A stretch of DNA of 64,000 nucleotides, from contig OX597827.1 in NCBI GenBank assembly GCA_951406725.2, positions 11,532,001-11,596,000 on the forward strand. The letters run 5' to 3'. The position numbers and the translations under genes were made by a program. The notes beneath the pieces are model-generated. The model was not told the DNA's origin, ran no database searches, and worked only from the letters and a program-made list of their open reading frames with translations. Below are positions 12,053-24,807 of the stretch, in pieces; positions within the stretch are counted from its first letter, which is position 1, and each line of letters begins with the position of its first letter. This DNA comes from Octopus vulgaris (lineage: Eukaryota).

Positions 12053-12079
<27 letters not shown>

Positions 12080-12083
<4 letters not shown>

Positions 12084-12196
12084 GTATGCATGTATGTATG
12101 TATGTATGTATGTATGTATGTATGTATGTATGTATGTATGTATGTATGTATGTATGTATGTATGTATGTATGTATGTATGTATGTATGTATGTATG
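12080..12196. repeat. (TATG)n microsatellite
   Basis: Pure tetranucleotide array. Confidence 0.95.
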
Positions 12197-12967
12197 CGTG
12201 AATAATTGGTTATAACAATGTATATATATTCATTCATGACCTACGATCTATTGGTATTCTATTCTGCTTGTTACAATTCATAATATTGTTTTAGAGAATA
12301 AAGATTCTTAGGAATGTTGTTTTACGATAAGAATGAAAATTAATAATTACAGTTAAGAGAAATAGCCGAAAAATTTAACAAAAATAACAGGTATCATTAA
12401 GATGTGGACGAGGATGGAGAATGAAGAAGAGAAATGACCATTTCTGGCATTTTAAAACGTATATAATGGACTGAACGAACTATTAGTACTAAACTTATGT
12501 AGGAGAAGCAAGGTTAACTCAACGCCTGTAAAATCTGAAATTGGAATATAAGGGAGATAACTAAGTGTAGAATAATGTGCAAATAAGGACGCCTCTATGT
12601 GGACACTCGGTCTTCCAGAAATAGCAGTCAAACTTAACTACTTAATCAGTCTGATAAAACTATCTTATAAAAACGGATTCATTAGATAATGTTATCTGGA
12701 TTACGGAAGAAAAAAAAAAAAAACAGTGATGCTTTTGATTGCAACGGTATCTTGACATGCGTTTGCCTGTTTTATCAACATTGAACTGGGATTAAATAAC
12801 AACAACAACAAAAATGAAAAGAACAACAGCTGCAGCGACGACAACAACAACAACAACACTAAACACGACTCAGTTCTGAAGAGTATTTATTCATAATCTC
12901 AATGCTGGGGTGGGAGCATGAGTGCACACACACGCATATATGTATATATATATATAATGTATATATA

Positions 12968-13270
12968 GTTATGTTTCGGAATGGTCATTTTGCCAGTTTA
13001 GCCAATAAAAACACATGCACTATATATTTGGTGTTACTTTGCTTCAGTGTTATTTTTATTTTTTACATTAATCTTAATCTTATTTCGGCCAGAGTTCTTT
13101 CGTCACACTCCTGTGACCGCATCGGTGGTCCTTTGTTTTCTTCTCACTTATTTGTGTCTCTCCTTACTAACCGTCAGCCATTTTGTATTTATTGGCTATA
13201 CTGGCAAAATGACCATTCCGAAATATAACAATATCTGTTTCAACACACGACTTCACATAAAAAATCTTGC

Positions 13271-13276
<6 letters not shown>
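12968..13276 (-). mobile_element. Small TA-flanked element with ~42-bp inverted repeat, probable Penelope-like fragment
   Basis: gttatgtttcggaatggtcattttgccagtttagccaataaa (12968-13009) is inverted at 13188-13229; hammerhead-like motif on the minus strand. Confidence 0.55.
13089..13128 (-). ncRNA. Variant minimal hammerhead-like motif
   Basis: Minus strand CCA-CCGATGCG-GTCAC aggagt GTGAC-GAAA-GAAC-TC-TGG; core deviates from CUGANGA. Confidence 0.4.
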
Positions 13277-13346
<70 letters not shown>

Positions 13347-13454
13347 CATATACATATATATAACTATAATGTATGTATGTATGTATATATATATACATAT
13401 ATATACATATACATATATATGTATACATACACATACACACACACACATCCTTTT

Positions 13455-13623
13455 CATCATTTATAACCCATTTTTCATACTGCCATACATAAGACAGTTT
13501 GACTGGAACCGGTAAACCGGAAAGCTGCACTGCACTCCAGTCTGTTTTGGCTTGGGTTCTACAGCTGGAGACCCTTCCTAATACCAACCACTCCATTGAG
13601 TTTCATAGGTGCCTTTTACATGT

Positions 13624-13625
<2 letters not shown>
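13455..13625 (-). mobile_element. RTE-like 3' end (family E), diverged
   Basis: ctacagctggagacccttcctaataccaaccactcc is the reverse complement of the family E core. Confidence 0.55.
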
Positions 13626-13657
<32 letters not shown>

Positions 13658-13663
<6 letters not shown>

Positions 13664-13775
13664 GTCATCCCATAAATAATACAGTTTTTTTTAATTGCAT
13701 GGACTAAAAGTCAGAGGGTGGATGGGATAAACTACCTGCATCAACTTGCTATATAAGCAGGTACTAAGTTTACTT
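13658..13775. mobile_element. Tc1/mariner-like terminal fragment
   Basis: TA|ttgggtcatcccataaataat resembles a mariner TIR; only one end present. Confidence 0.4.
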
Positions 13776-13835
13776 CTACAATAAACAAAATATTTAACCA
13801 ATTTTTTTATACTGTTCTTAATAACATTTAATTAT

Positions 13836-14065
13836 GCGGCGAGCTGGCAGAAACGTTAGCACGCCGGGCGAAATGCTTAGCGGTATTTCGTCTGCGTTAC
13901 ATTGTGAGTTCAAATTCCGCTGAGGTCGACTTTGCCTTTCATCCTTTCGGGGTCGATAAATTAAGTACCAGTTATGCACTGGGGTCGATGTAATTGACTT
14001 AATACCTATGTCTGTCCTTGTTTGTCCCCTCTCTGTTTAGCCCCTTGTGGGTAATAAAGAAATAG
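13836..14065 (+). mobile_element. SINE family B
   Basis: Full copy gcggcgagctggcagaaacgttagc...gtaataaagaaata. Confidence 0.85.
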
Positions 14066-14169
14066 ATAATATAATAGGAATTTTTTTTAACATTGAATAG
14101 CTATGAGGATCCAATAAAATAGAATAAGAAACAAGGGGGTCCATAGGCAAAAAAAGGTCGAGAACAACT
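14066..14169. mobile_element. hAT-like MITE terminus
   Basis: ggggtccat...aaaaaggtcgagaacaactg resembles the reverse complement of a CAGTGGTTCTCAACC-type TIR. Confidence 0.45.
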
Positions 14170-14249
14170 GGTTTACACTTTTATTTGATTTTGTGAACTT
14201 GGTAATAATTTATTAACTTTAATATGACTCTTATATTTTATATGATGAA

Positions 14250-15680
14250 ACAATCTAAGAATGAGGGGTAAGATCTTTGAGCAATGTCAGGAATTTGGTT
14301 GAAGACATAAAAGAAATTACTTGCAGAGAGTATACAAGAAAAGTGAGAAAACTATTGCCGTCGAAGCTAAATGCTTAAAATGTTATTGAAGCAATAAATT
14401 CAAGAGGGGTACGACTAATCAGATATCAAGTTTGAATTGTAGGGTGGACAAAAAAATTATATACAGAAACTTGACAGAAAATGTAGAAAGTTGTTGACCA
14501 TGCATGGAACCCACCATCTGAAAGCTGATATTAACTGTTTGTACCTGAAGAGAGGCCAGGGTGGAAGAGGCTTAATTGTGCTGGGGAAGAGTATGTACCA
14601 ATAGAAAGAAAAAGCTGACTAGAATATTTACAGAACATCGCAATGAAACTACGAAAGATGGTGAATAAGGAACAGGCAATCAAGTGTGGAATAAGGGTAA
14701 AGAAGAAGAATGAAATTCAAAGAGAGCATGTTAGGCAGATAGAAGAGAAACCTTTTAAGTTTCTCTAGGCAGATAGAAGAGAAACCTTTTGGTTTGTCTA
14801 GTCAGATAGAAGAGAAACCTTTTAGCTTCTCTAGGCAGATAGAAGAGAAACCTTTTGGTTTCTCTTGGCAGATAGAAGAGAAACCTTTTAGTTTCTCTTG
14901 GCAGTTAGAAGAGAAACCTTTTGGTTTCTCTTGGCACATAGAAGAGAAACCTTTTGGTTTCTCTAGGCAGATAGAAGAGAAACCTTTTAGCTTCTCTTGA
15001 CAGATAGAAGAGAAACCTTTTGGTTTCTCTAGGCAGATAGAAGAGAAACCTTTTAGCTTCTCTTGGCAGATAGAAGAGAAACCTTTTGGTTTCTCTTGGC
15101 AGATAGAAGAGAAACCTTTTGGAGAGCCATTGAAGAAGTATATAGAACAAAATCTTGGGCTTGGTTAAAAAAAAGGGCAATTAAAAAAAGGAAACAGAGA
15201 GCCTAATAGTTGCAGCCCAGGATCAAGAGATAAAAACATACAACTGAGGGAAATTGTACATAAGAAGAATGTGTCAGAAAAATGTAGAATCTGTGGAACT
15301 TGGAATGAGACAGTGGCACACATTGTTACAGAATGTCCCAAGTTGGCACAGGAAGAATATAAGAAATGTAGGCATGACCAAGTAAGAAAGGTTTTACACC
15401 GGAAGATTTGCCAGAAATGAGGATTTGAAGATGGAGACATATGGTGTGACTATCAGGTTGAATGAGTGCTGGAATCAAAGAATCGCAGGATTCTATAGGA
15501 CTTTCATATTCAAACAGACAACAAAGTAGAAAATAATAGGCCAGGCATAACAATAGGCAAGGAAAAGTGTAGTTGCCTACTAATAGATCCATCTTGTCTG
15601 TTTGATTCCAGGATTGTAAAGAAAGAAGGTAAAAAAAAAAAAATACAATCCTTTAAAATTTGAAATTGCAAGAATTTGGA
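14250..15680 (+). mobile_element. Decayed R4/Dong-like non-LTR retrotransposon (RT C-terminal region, zinc knuckle, restriction-like endonuclease)
   Basis: Frameshifted peptides LDRKCRKLLTMHG...LYLKRGQGGRGL, WLKKGQLKKETESLIVAAQDQ, CRICGTWNETVAHIVTECPKLA, RHDQV, IQTDNKVENNRP, LLIDPSC. Confidence 0.8.
14733..15120. repeat. 33-bp minisatellite, 11 full units plus one partial
   Basis: Unit (a/t)ggcagatagaagagaaaccttttggtttctct, head-to-tail with no spacers. Confidence 0.95.
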
Positions 15681-16169
15681 AGATAGAAATATGAATCTGA
15701 TAATTAAACATATCAACCCTCCTATGATATATATTTGTTTTTTATTCTTATCATTGCAATTTTATTGACAATATTGTTATATTTTCTCTGATGTTATCAT
15801 TTTCAACTCCCACTCATACATAACTTGTTAAACGAAACACAACCGCAATCACACACAGACAGACACACATGCTTGTGCACATATATAAACACATATAACT
15901 GTTTACATCATTTCAATTATTTACGTCATACAATTTATCAAAACATATATATATATAAAGTAATACACACACAGATATATACATATAAGACAGGATTCTT
16001 TCATTTTCTCTCTACCATATCCACTCACAAGGATTTGGTCAGCCCAAGACTATAGTAGAAGACAATTGTCCAAGGTGTTATGAAGTGGAACTGAACCTGG
16101 AACCATGTAATAGGGAAGCAAGCTTCTAATGTCACTTTTCCAAACTTGCATAAGTCAGATGGAATTTGT

Positions 16170-16562
16170 TGGGCTAAACATAGAGGAGACAAACAAGGAC
16201 GGACAAAGGGATTAAGTCGATTATATTGATCCCAGTGCGTAATTGGTACTTAATTTATTGACCCTGAAAGGACGAAAGGCAAAGTTAACCTCGGCGGAAT
16301 TTGAACTCAGAACATGACAGCAGATGAAATACCAATTTCTTTACGACCCACAAGGGGCTAAACACAGAGAGGACAAACAAAGACAGACAAACGGATTAAG
16401 TCGATTATATCGACCCCAGTGCATAACCGGTACTTATTTAATCAACCCCGAAAGGATAAAAGGCAAAGTCGACCTCGGTGGAATTTGAACCCAGAACGTA
16501 GTGGCAGATGAAATATCGCTAAGCATTTCACCCGGGGGGGCTAACGTTTCTGCCAGCTCACC
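16170..16562 (-). mobile_element. Two tandem SINE family B copies
   Basis: gggctaaacatagagg...ggaatttgaactcagaac occurs twice. Confidence 0.8.
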
Positions 16563-16789
16563 TTGCATAGGTTAGATAGAATTCGTTGAGGCAGATTTTT
16601 CTACTGCTGGATGCCCTCCCTGTCACCAACACTCACCTGCTTCCAAGCAAGGTAATATTTTCTCATAAATTGAAAGACTGGAAATGAACAACCCCGCTTA
16701 TATGATGGTGTTGCTTGTTTACAATTATAATGGGATGTATACAGGGGTATAATCAAATATGTATATGAATACACATACATAATGGCTAA

Positions 16790-17092
16790 AAGTAAAGAGC
16801 CCCTTTGGTCATGAATGACCATGGGATTGCACCTAGAAAGTGACTCTTTGAGGCACAAGTCCAGGCAGTCACCCATACATACTAGCCCCTCCCCCCCATG
16901 CCAACAGGGGTATCGAAGGAAAAGGCAAAGGTCAATATACCTTGGCTACTCATTTCTACAGATGTGAGAACTGGAGCAACATGAAGTAAAGTGATAGTGT
17001 CTAGCTCAAGAATAACATGCAGTTCGGTCCAGGAATTGAGCTCACTACCTCATGACCAAGAGCCTGACGCTCTAACCACTAAGCCATGTGCC
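16790..17092 (-). mobile_element. SINE family C head with tail type 3
   Basis: Family C head plus catgggattgcacctagaaag tail, shared with 19765-20083. Confidence 0.6.
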
Positions 17093-17111
17093 TGTAATAC
17101 ATATGTACATT

Positions 17112-17524
17112 ACTCTCTTTTACTCTTTTACTTGTTTCAGTCATTTGACTGCGGCCATGCTGGAGCACCGCCTTTAGTCGAGCAAATCGACCCTGGGACT
17201 TATTCTTTGTAAGCCCAGTACTTATTCTATCGGTCTCTTTTGCCGAACCGCTAAGTGATGGGGACGTAAACACACCAGCATTGGTTGTCAAGTAATGCTA
17301 GGGGGACAAACACAGACACACAAACATATACACACACACTTATATATATATACATATATACGACAAGCTTCTTTCAGTTTCCGTCTACCAAATCCACTCA
17401 CAAGGCATTGGTCGGCCCAGGGCTATAGCAGAAGACACTTGCCCAAGATGCCACGCAGTGGGACTGAACCCAGAACCATGTGGTTGTTTAGCAAGCTACT
17501 TACCACACAGCCACTCCTGCGCCT
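17112..17524 (-). mobile_element. SINE family A
   Basis: Full reverse copy; a partial extra head lies at ~17655-17750. Confidence 0.9.
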
Positions 17525-18195
17525 ATATACATATATTTATATCTATCTATCTATTTGTATGCACGCACACACACACACACACATACACATGTACACACAT
17601 GCACATACACACATACACACACATAAAAACTTCTGTTTTCCCTTACCGAGTGTCTAGCAGAAGACACTTGCCCAAGATGTTAGGCAGCAGAACTGAACTC
17701 AAGACCACACGGTCACAGAGCAAAGTTCCTAACCACACAGCCATGCCTGTGCTTGCTTACTAAATATAACCAAAACATATTTTAATTAGTCAGAATTATA
17801 TCCATAATGAAGTGAAAAGTCATTACGCCTAAATGAATAATTCTGGTCAAAAAATGCAAGAGAATTAACTCTGCAATCTAAATTAACAGACAAAATAAAT
17901 TGAATATTTAGAGCCAGAAATTCTAATTGAATGCTTCATTGATTAACTCCCTGTGTTGTTCAATAGATTTGCTCAAGCAAAGCTAACCGGCACAAACTAC
18001 CAACAGAGCAAACACTCGTTTTAAATGTTTTTTGACATAAAAGTATTTTTTTATTCAGGAATTAACAAATTTCGGGCACTAAAACAGCAGTAGAGCAATT
18101 GTGATTAGAAAACATTTATTGAGAAGGAAATTTCCCAATAAATGGTTTCAATAATTATTATTATTATTTTTTTTTTTTTGCATTTCATATCTATT

Positions 18196-18226
<31 letters not shown>

Positions 18227-18326
18227 TTTCATAGTATTAACATTGACTATTTATTTAGTCTTCCCAAATATAGTTTGGCAATGTTTGCGAATTAATTCCA
18301 TATCCTTCCAAAAGTTTAATCTTCAA

Positions 18327-18417
<91 letters not shown>

Positions 18418-18439
18418 TTAGCGTCCGTTTTCCATGCTA

Positions 18440-18479
<40 letters not shown>

Positions 18480-19187
18480 ATATATATATATACATATATA
18501 TATGTATATATATATATATACACTCCTCTATTCCTTTATTTTTTCTTCGCAAGCATTCATATAATTTCTTTTGTCAGTGTCTCTGCAGCTCAGTTTTGTA
18601 TTGACATTTTACCATATATTGATGTTAAAGCAAATATGTGCCTCGTAAAAACAATATTTTTTCAGGATGTTCAATGAAAATATCAATTGACCAGATGGCA
18701 TGCAACTATTCGTGTAGTCACACAATGGAATTTGGCTAATATAATCAATTAAAATAATTTCCTTTAACATACAATGGATTATTGTATTTGTGATTGGTGC
18801 TAGGAGCTTCCTGTAGGAACACTAATGAAAATTTTTGACATTGAACATGTTTGTTATTAAGGTGGTATCTTAAATACCAACCTTCACAATATGTGAAGTG
18901 GTAGAAAAAATAAAGTAAAATGAAAGTCTTTACTTTAGAATAACTGCCTGATATTAATTCACCCAGCAACAGAAGTATAACCGTGATACTACCATTATCA
19001 GAACAATGGATTACTACTGTTTAGTTAATAGAAAATATTAATTCTGTAGAACTGTGATGTGTTAGATTTGATTCTAAGCCCTAAAAAAGCAGTTAAAAGA
19101 TTAAATGGTAGCAAAATTCCAGATGTAGTGTGGCAAGAAGTTTTAATTTATTCTCAGGGGTTAAAGACTAATTTCAGTCGTGAAAGT

Positions 19188-19765
19188 AGGTGCAGGAGTG
19201 GCTATGTGGTAAGTAGCTTGCTTACCAACCACATGGTTCCGCGTTCAGTCCCACTGCATGGCACCTTGGGCAAGTGTCTTCTACTATAGCCTCAGGCCGA
19301 CCAAAGCCTCGTGAGTGGATTTGGTAGCTGGAAACTGAAAGAAGCCCATAAAATATATGTATGGCATGGTTGTGTGGTAAGTAGCTTGCTTACTAACCAC
19401 ATGGTTCTGGATTCAGTCCCACTTGGGCGAGTGTCTTCTACTATAGCCTCAGGCCGACCAAAGCCTCCTGAGTTGATTTGGTACACGGAAACTGAAAGAA
19501 GCCCGTCGCATATATATATATATGTATATATATATGTGTGTTTGTGTGTCTGTGTTTCTCCCCACCCATCATTGCTTGGCAACTGAAACTGGTGTGTTTA
19601 CATCCCAGTAACTTAGTGGTTCAGCAAAAGAGACTGATAGAATAAGTACTAGGCTTACAAAATAGTATAAGTGCTGGGGACCATTTGCTCGACTAAAAGG
19701 TGGTGCTCCAGCATGGCCGCAGTCAAATGACTGAAACAAGTAAAAGAGAGTAAAAAGAGAGTAAT
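19188..19765 (+). mobile_element. SINE family A with duplicated 5' half
   Basis: Head at 19188-19345 is repeated at ~19360, then body and tail. Confidence 0.85.
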
Positions 19766-20083
19766 AACCATGGGATAGCATCTAGAAAGTTCCCTTCTGT
19801 GGCACAAATCTGGGCAATGTTGTTTAAGGAAGACCAGCAAGCACCCAAGAATATCAGTCTTACCTCTCTATACCATGGATGTTGTCCAAGAGAAAGGCAA
19901 AGGCCAATCCGACTTGGCACCAATGATGTCGTAAATCATTTCTACGGCTGAGTGGAATGGAGCAATGTAAAATAAAGTGTCTTGCTCAAGAACACAACAC
20001 ACAGCCACAGCCTGGTCAAAGAACTGAACTCCCTACCTCATGATTGTAAGCTCAATGCTCTAACCACAGAGCCATGCACCTTC
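19765..20083 (-). mobile_element. SINE family C head with tail type 3
   Basis: Homologous to 16790-17092. Confidence 0.6.
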
Positions 20084-21086
20084 AGTACTTACCATGGGTA
20101 GTAAGAGCAGGCATGGCTCTGTGTGTGTGTGAGAAGACATTCGCCCAAGGTGCCATGCAGTGGGACTGAACCTGGAACCATGTGGTTGGTATGGGATCGA
20201 TAAAATAAGTACAAGTCGAGTATTGAGGTAGATGTAATTGACTATCTCCTTACCCCTAATTTCTGGCCTTGTACCTAAAAAAAAAACTTCACCAAAACAT
20301 TTTGGGTGGTTAGAAACTTAATCTTTTTCCAAATTAAGAAACCACAGATGAAAATCATATAAGACATCATTGCTCAATATGAATTTGCATTTCAAAGATG
20401 GCTTGGTGTGAATTTTGAGGGATTTGACGGCTATTTGTACTTCGTCAAGTCATCAAATTAGGGTTCTTTTGTGAGATCATTTTCCATTGTCATTTAGATA
20501 AGTGTAGAGTAAGACCACAATGTAGATGCTTTCTATAAACTTAGGGTTGTAGCAATGAGCAGCTGCTATTGAAGCAATATAGAAATCCATGGAATTATAC
20601 ACATAATGATGGTACAAATTACATAACAGGTTTCCTAATTAATAAATCTCTTTTGAAATAAGTTAGCTATGTATCTGGTAGAGCAGATGCATTATTATAT
20701 TAGAAAGTTGATTAATTAGAAATTGTGAAATTGGAAGTGGCACTCCACGCCTCACACTTCTAGGTGTAAATAGGTGCTGTGATGGCACATTTTATGAGAG
20801 AGAAAAGAAAGAAAGAAAGAGGGAGAGATAAAGAGAGAGAGAGGGGGAAACAGTGAGACAGAGAGACAGAAAGAAAGAAAAGAATGATGTGTGTGTTTGT
20901 GTATGTCTGTGTGTATGTGTGGTGTAGTGTATGTGATATGTAGCAAGATGCATAGATAATTTGGATTTATATATATATACATACATGCATGTATATGTAC
21001 ATATACATTTGCATACACACACACTTATACATATATATCTATGTATTTATGTATTTATATGTATATATTTGTGTATGTGAGAATAA

Positions 21087-21119
<33 letters not shown>

Positions 21120-21189
21120 CATATATACATACAAACACATACATACAAACACATACATTCATATGCATATACATACACATATGTATGCA

Positions 21190-21575
21190 TAGTTGTGTGG
21201 TAAGAAGCTTGCTTTCCAACCACATGGTTCCGGGTTCAGTTTCACTGCATTCCACCATAGATAAGTGTCTTCTACTGTAGCCTCAGGCTGACCAAAGCCT
21301 TGTGAGTGAATTTGGTAGATGGGAACTGACAGAAACCTGTCGTTTATATATATATATATATATGTTTGTGTGTCTGTGTTTGTCCCCCCAACATCGCTTG
21401 ACAACTGATGCTGGTATGATTTCGTCCCTATAACTTAGCAGTTTGGCAAAAGAGACTAATAGAATAAGTACTGGGCTTACAAAAAATAAGTCCTGGGGTT
21501 GATTTGCTCAACTAAAGGCGGTGCTCCAGCATGGCCACAGTCAAATGACTGAAACAAGTAAAAGAGTAAAAGAGT
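21190..21575 (+). mobile_element. SINE family A
   Basis: Matches the consensus. Confidence 0.85.
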
Positions 21576-21707
21576 TTAATCTTTATCTAGAACAAGCCCC
21601 ACTTTCACAATTGAAAATTATTTATTTAAACATAAAAAATACCTCTGATAAAAGGACTATCAAGGGTATCCATAAGTCTCATTGGATAAGAGATCTGCAT
21701 CTGGGAA

Positions 21708-22015
21708 GTAGAGGCACATAGCCTAGTGGTTAGAGCAGTGGACTCACAATCAAGATATCGTGAGTTCGAATCTCAAACTGGGCAACGTGTGTTTATGAGC
21801 GTAACACCTAAGCTTGATGTGGCTCCAGCAGAAAGTAATGGTGAAACCTCTGTTGACTCTTTTGCCACAACTTTCTCTCACTCTTTCCTCCTGCATCTTG
21901 CAACTCACCTGTGACAGACCGGCATCCCGTCTAGGTGGGGAACCTATACGCCAAGGAAACTGGGAAACCGGCCCTTATGAGCCAGGCATGGCTTGAGAAG
22001 GAAGAAACAAACAAA
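21708..22015 (+). mobile_element. SINE family D (tail type 1)
   Basis: Reverse complement of 6696-6995. Confidence 0.8.
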
Positions 22016-22599
22016 CAGTACCTTCATGGGCATTACAGTTAAAATACAGCATTACAGCTAGAAGAGATGCTGAAGGGCATTTAGTCCAACACACAGACCA
22101 TTCTGCCAGTCTGCCAGTCTGCCACTGTGTAATGGTACTTTATTTACAAACCTCCAAAAGGATGAAAGGTAATTTTGACATTGGCTGGATTCGAACTCAG
22201 AGTGCACATATCTGAAATTAATGCCACACAGCAGTTAGATGCTCTAACAACTATGCCACTTCACCTCATTAACAGGAGTATTCCAAACATAAACTAACGA
22301 GACATTAATATAAGCTGCAATATAATTCTCCAAATAGTTAAACTAATTAGATTTCACTTCATTAATAAATGATGCACTTAATTATCAAACCTGTCATCGC
22401 TAACGACATTCAGTCCCTCATCTGATATTTGTGTCCAACAAATAACGTAGTCTGTTTAAAACTTCTATCTATAAACCACCACTTTACATTTCTCTAAACC
22501 TACTCACTGTTTCCTTTTCTTTTCGAACAATCTAAACTAAAACCTCAAGAGGACAAATCATAGTCAAGAAACATACACCCAGAACATTTTCTTCCCAAA

Positions 22600-22750
22600 A
22601 ACATTTTCTTCTGTTTGCTGCCCCCAAACCCCAACAAAAAGCACACAGTGCCTGCAGCAATAGCCCACAACAGGATAAAAAGTGCCGCCCCATTAAAAGT
22701 GCCACCCGAGGTCGACTGCCCCTACTGCCCACCCCTAGCAATGCTAGTGC
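22600..22750. mobile_element. Degenerate hAT-like terminus
   Basis: gtgccgcccc...gtgccacccgagg...cccacccctagcaatgctagtg resembles a CAGTGGCGT-type TIR with GC-rich subterminal motifs. Confidence 0.35.
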
Positions 22751-22909
22751 TCTCTGGCCTATATTCATTCAATCCTTCCTTAAATCCTTAAAAATTTTTT
22801 AGCCTCAAGGCCGCGGCCATGCTGGAGCACCACTGCTGGGGCACCACCTTGTCTACTTCAAGGTTTAATTATGATTTTTACATGCTTTATCAAGCCAATC
22901 TGAGGCTAT

Positions 22910-23125
22910 AATGGTTCCAAATTTTGGTACAAGGCCAGTAATTTGGAGATAAGGGGTAAGTTCATAACGTTGAACCCAGCACTCAGCTGGTTCATATTTT
23001 AATGATCCCGAAAGGATGAAAGGCAAAGTTGACCTCAGTGGAATTTTATCTCAGAACATTAAGACGGACAAAATGCCACTAAGCACTTTGACCGGCATGC
23101 TAATGATTCTGCCAGCTCACTGCTT
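22910..23125 (-). mobile_element. SINE family B variant
   Basis: cccgaaaggatgaaaggcaaagttgacctc...tgattctgccagctcac. Confidence 0.65.
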
Positions 23126-23197
23126 TCCCAGAGGCAATAAGAGAGAAAACACTTGTCTAAGGTGTGAAGCAATGAGATCAAACTCAGACAGTATGAT

Positions 23198-23600
23198 TGT
23201 GGCTGTGTGGTTAGTAGCTTGTTTACCAACCACATGGTTCCGGGTTCAGTCCCACTGCGTGGCACCTTGGGCAAGTGTCTTCTACTATAGCCCCGGGCCA
23301 ACCAAAGCCTTGTGAGTGGATTTGGTAGACGGAAACTGAAAGAAGCCCGTCGTATATATGTATATATATGTATGTGCGTGTGTGTTTGTGTGTCTGTGTT
23401 TGTCCCCCTAGCATTGCTTGACAACTGATGCTGGTGTGTTTATGTCCCCGTTACTTAGCGGTTCGGCAAAAGGGACCGATAGAATAAGTACTGGGCTTAC
23501 AAAAGAATAAGTCCCGGGGTTGAGTTGCTCGATTAAAGGCGGTGATCCAGCATGGCCGCAGTCAAATGACTGAAACAAGTAAAAGAGTAAAAGAGAGAGA
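23198..23600 (+). mobile_element. SINE family A
   Basis: Matches the consensus. Confidence 0.9.
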
Positions 23601-23805
23601 GGCCTTCTTATCCACCTGCTTACCATCATCATCATCTTCATCATCATTGTCGTTGTCGTCATCGCCATCATTGCCATCGTGGTCATCATCATCGTCATCA
23701 TCATCATTATCATTATCATCATCATTTAACGTCCATTTTCCATGCTGCCATGGGGTAATATTTCCAAAAACGAATTGAACACTTCCTGAGTTTCACAATG
23801 TCTAA

Positions 23806-24125
23806 GACTCCGCCGGTTACGACGATGAGGGTCCCAGCTGATACGATCAACGGAACAGCTTGCTCGTGAAATTAACGTGCAAATGGCTGAGCATTCCACA
23901 GACACGTGTACCCTTAACGTAGTTCTCGGGGATAATCAGCGTGACACAGAGAGTGACAAGGCTGACCCTTTGAAATACAAGTACAACTCATTTTTGCCAG
24001 CTGAACGGACTGGAGCAACGTGAAATAAAGTGTCTTGCTCAAGGACACAACGCGTCGCCGGGAGTCGAACTCACAACCTTACGATCATGAGCCGAATGCC
24101 CTAACCACTAAGCCACGTGCCCTCA
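23806..24125 (-). mobile_element. SINE family C (CpG-rich, apparently young copy)
   Basis: Minus head tggcttagtggttagggcattcgg...gagttcgactcccggc...gtgtccttgagcaagacac. Confidence 0.85.
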
Positions 24126-24807
24126 CCTTCACAATGTCTAAACCTATCAAGAAAGTTTTATCCAAGCTTTGTGACATTAAATTCGGTATTTCAGAAACTT
24201 TTGTTATCTTCCCAATTCCCTTTACATTGTCTTGTTTTCGCTTGTTGGATTATTATTGATTTATCTCAATGGCTTATTCAGGAGATAAAGAGACAGTTTC
24301 TGCAATCTCTTTGCAGGTTGGTGTTCAGCTTAAAGTAACCCTAGATCAAGCAAATCTATGATAAAACGTATTCCAGCTCAAAACATTTTACACTTTCTAT
24401 ATTAAATACTGTATTAACCAATGTGTCCCTTTGTATTTTTTATGAGGACAGGGAGAGATTTAAGGGAATTTGGTTATTATATTTGCTTGCCAAATGACTA
24501 CATGTTACCGTCTTCAAAAAGAAGGGACATATCAAATAAACTTGTTCTAGATATGAATGCATTTAGAGAAAGACGAAGTGGTTATGAATGCAACACATTT
24601 GATCATTGGGCAAAGTCAGGGTTGACTAGGGCTAAACAGCAACACTGCCAAAAACAACAACAACAACAACAGCAACAATAACAACCAAGAAAGTATGTGT
24701 GTCCGATATAAGAGAGTAGGATTTGTTGACAAGACAATAGAGGGTTAAAATACAGCATTATATACTTGTCCAATGCATAGTAGTTTTGAAAAGTTGAGTC
24801 ATGGAAA

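Noticed and set aside
14733-15120. CRISPR-like palindromic 33-bp repeats
   Set aside because: No spacers, no cas genes, eukaryotic context; it is a minisatellite.
21708-21790. tRNA-like sequences at SINE heads (also 6920-6995, 24050-24125, 31003-31075)
   Set aside because: They continue into SINE bodies and lack a full cloverleaf and terminator; not tRNA genes.
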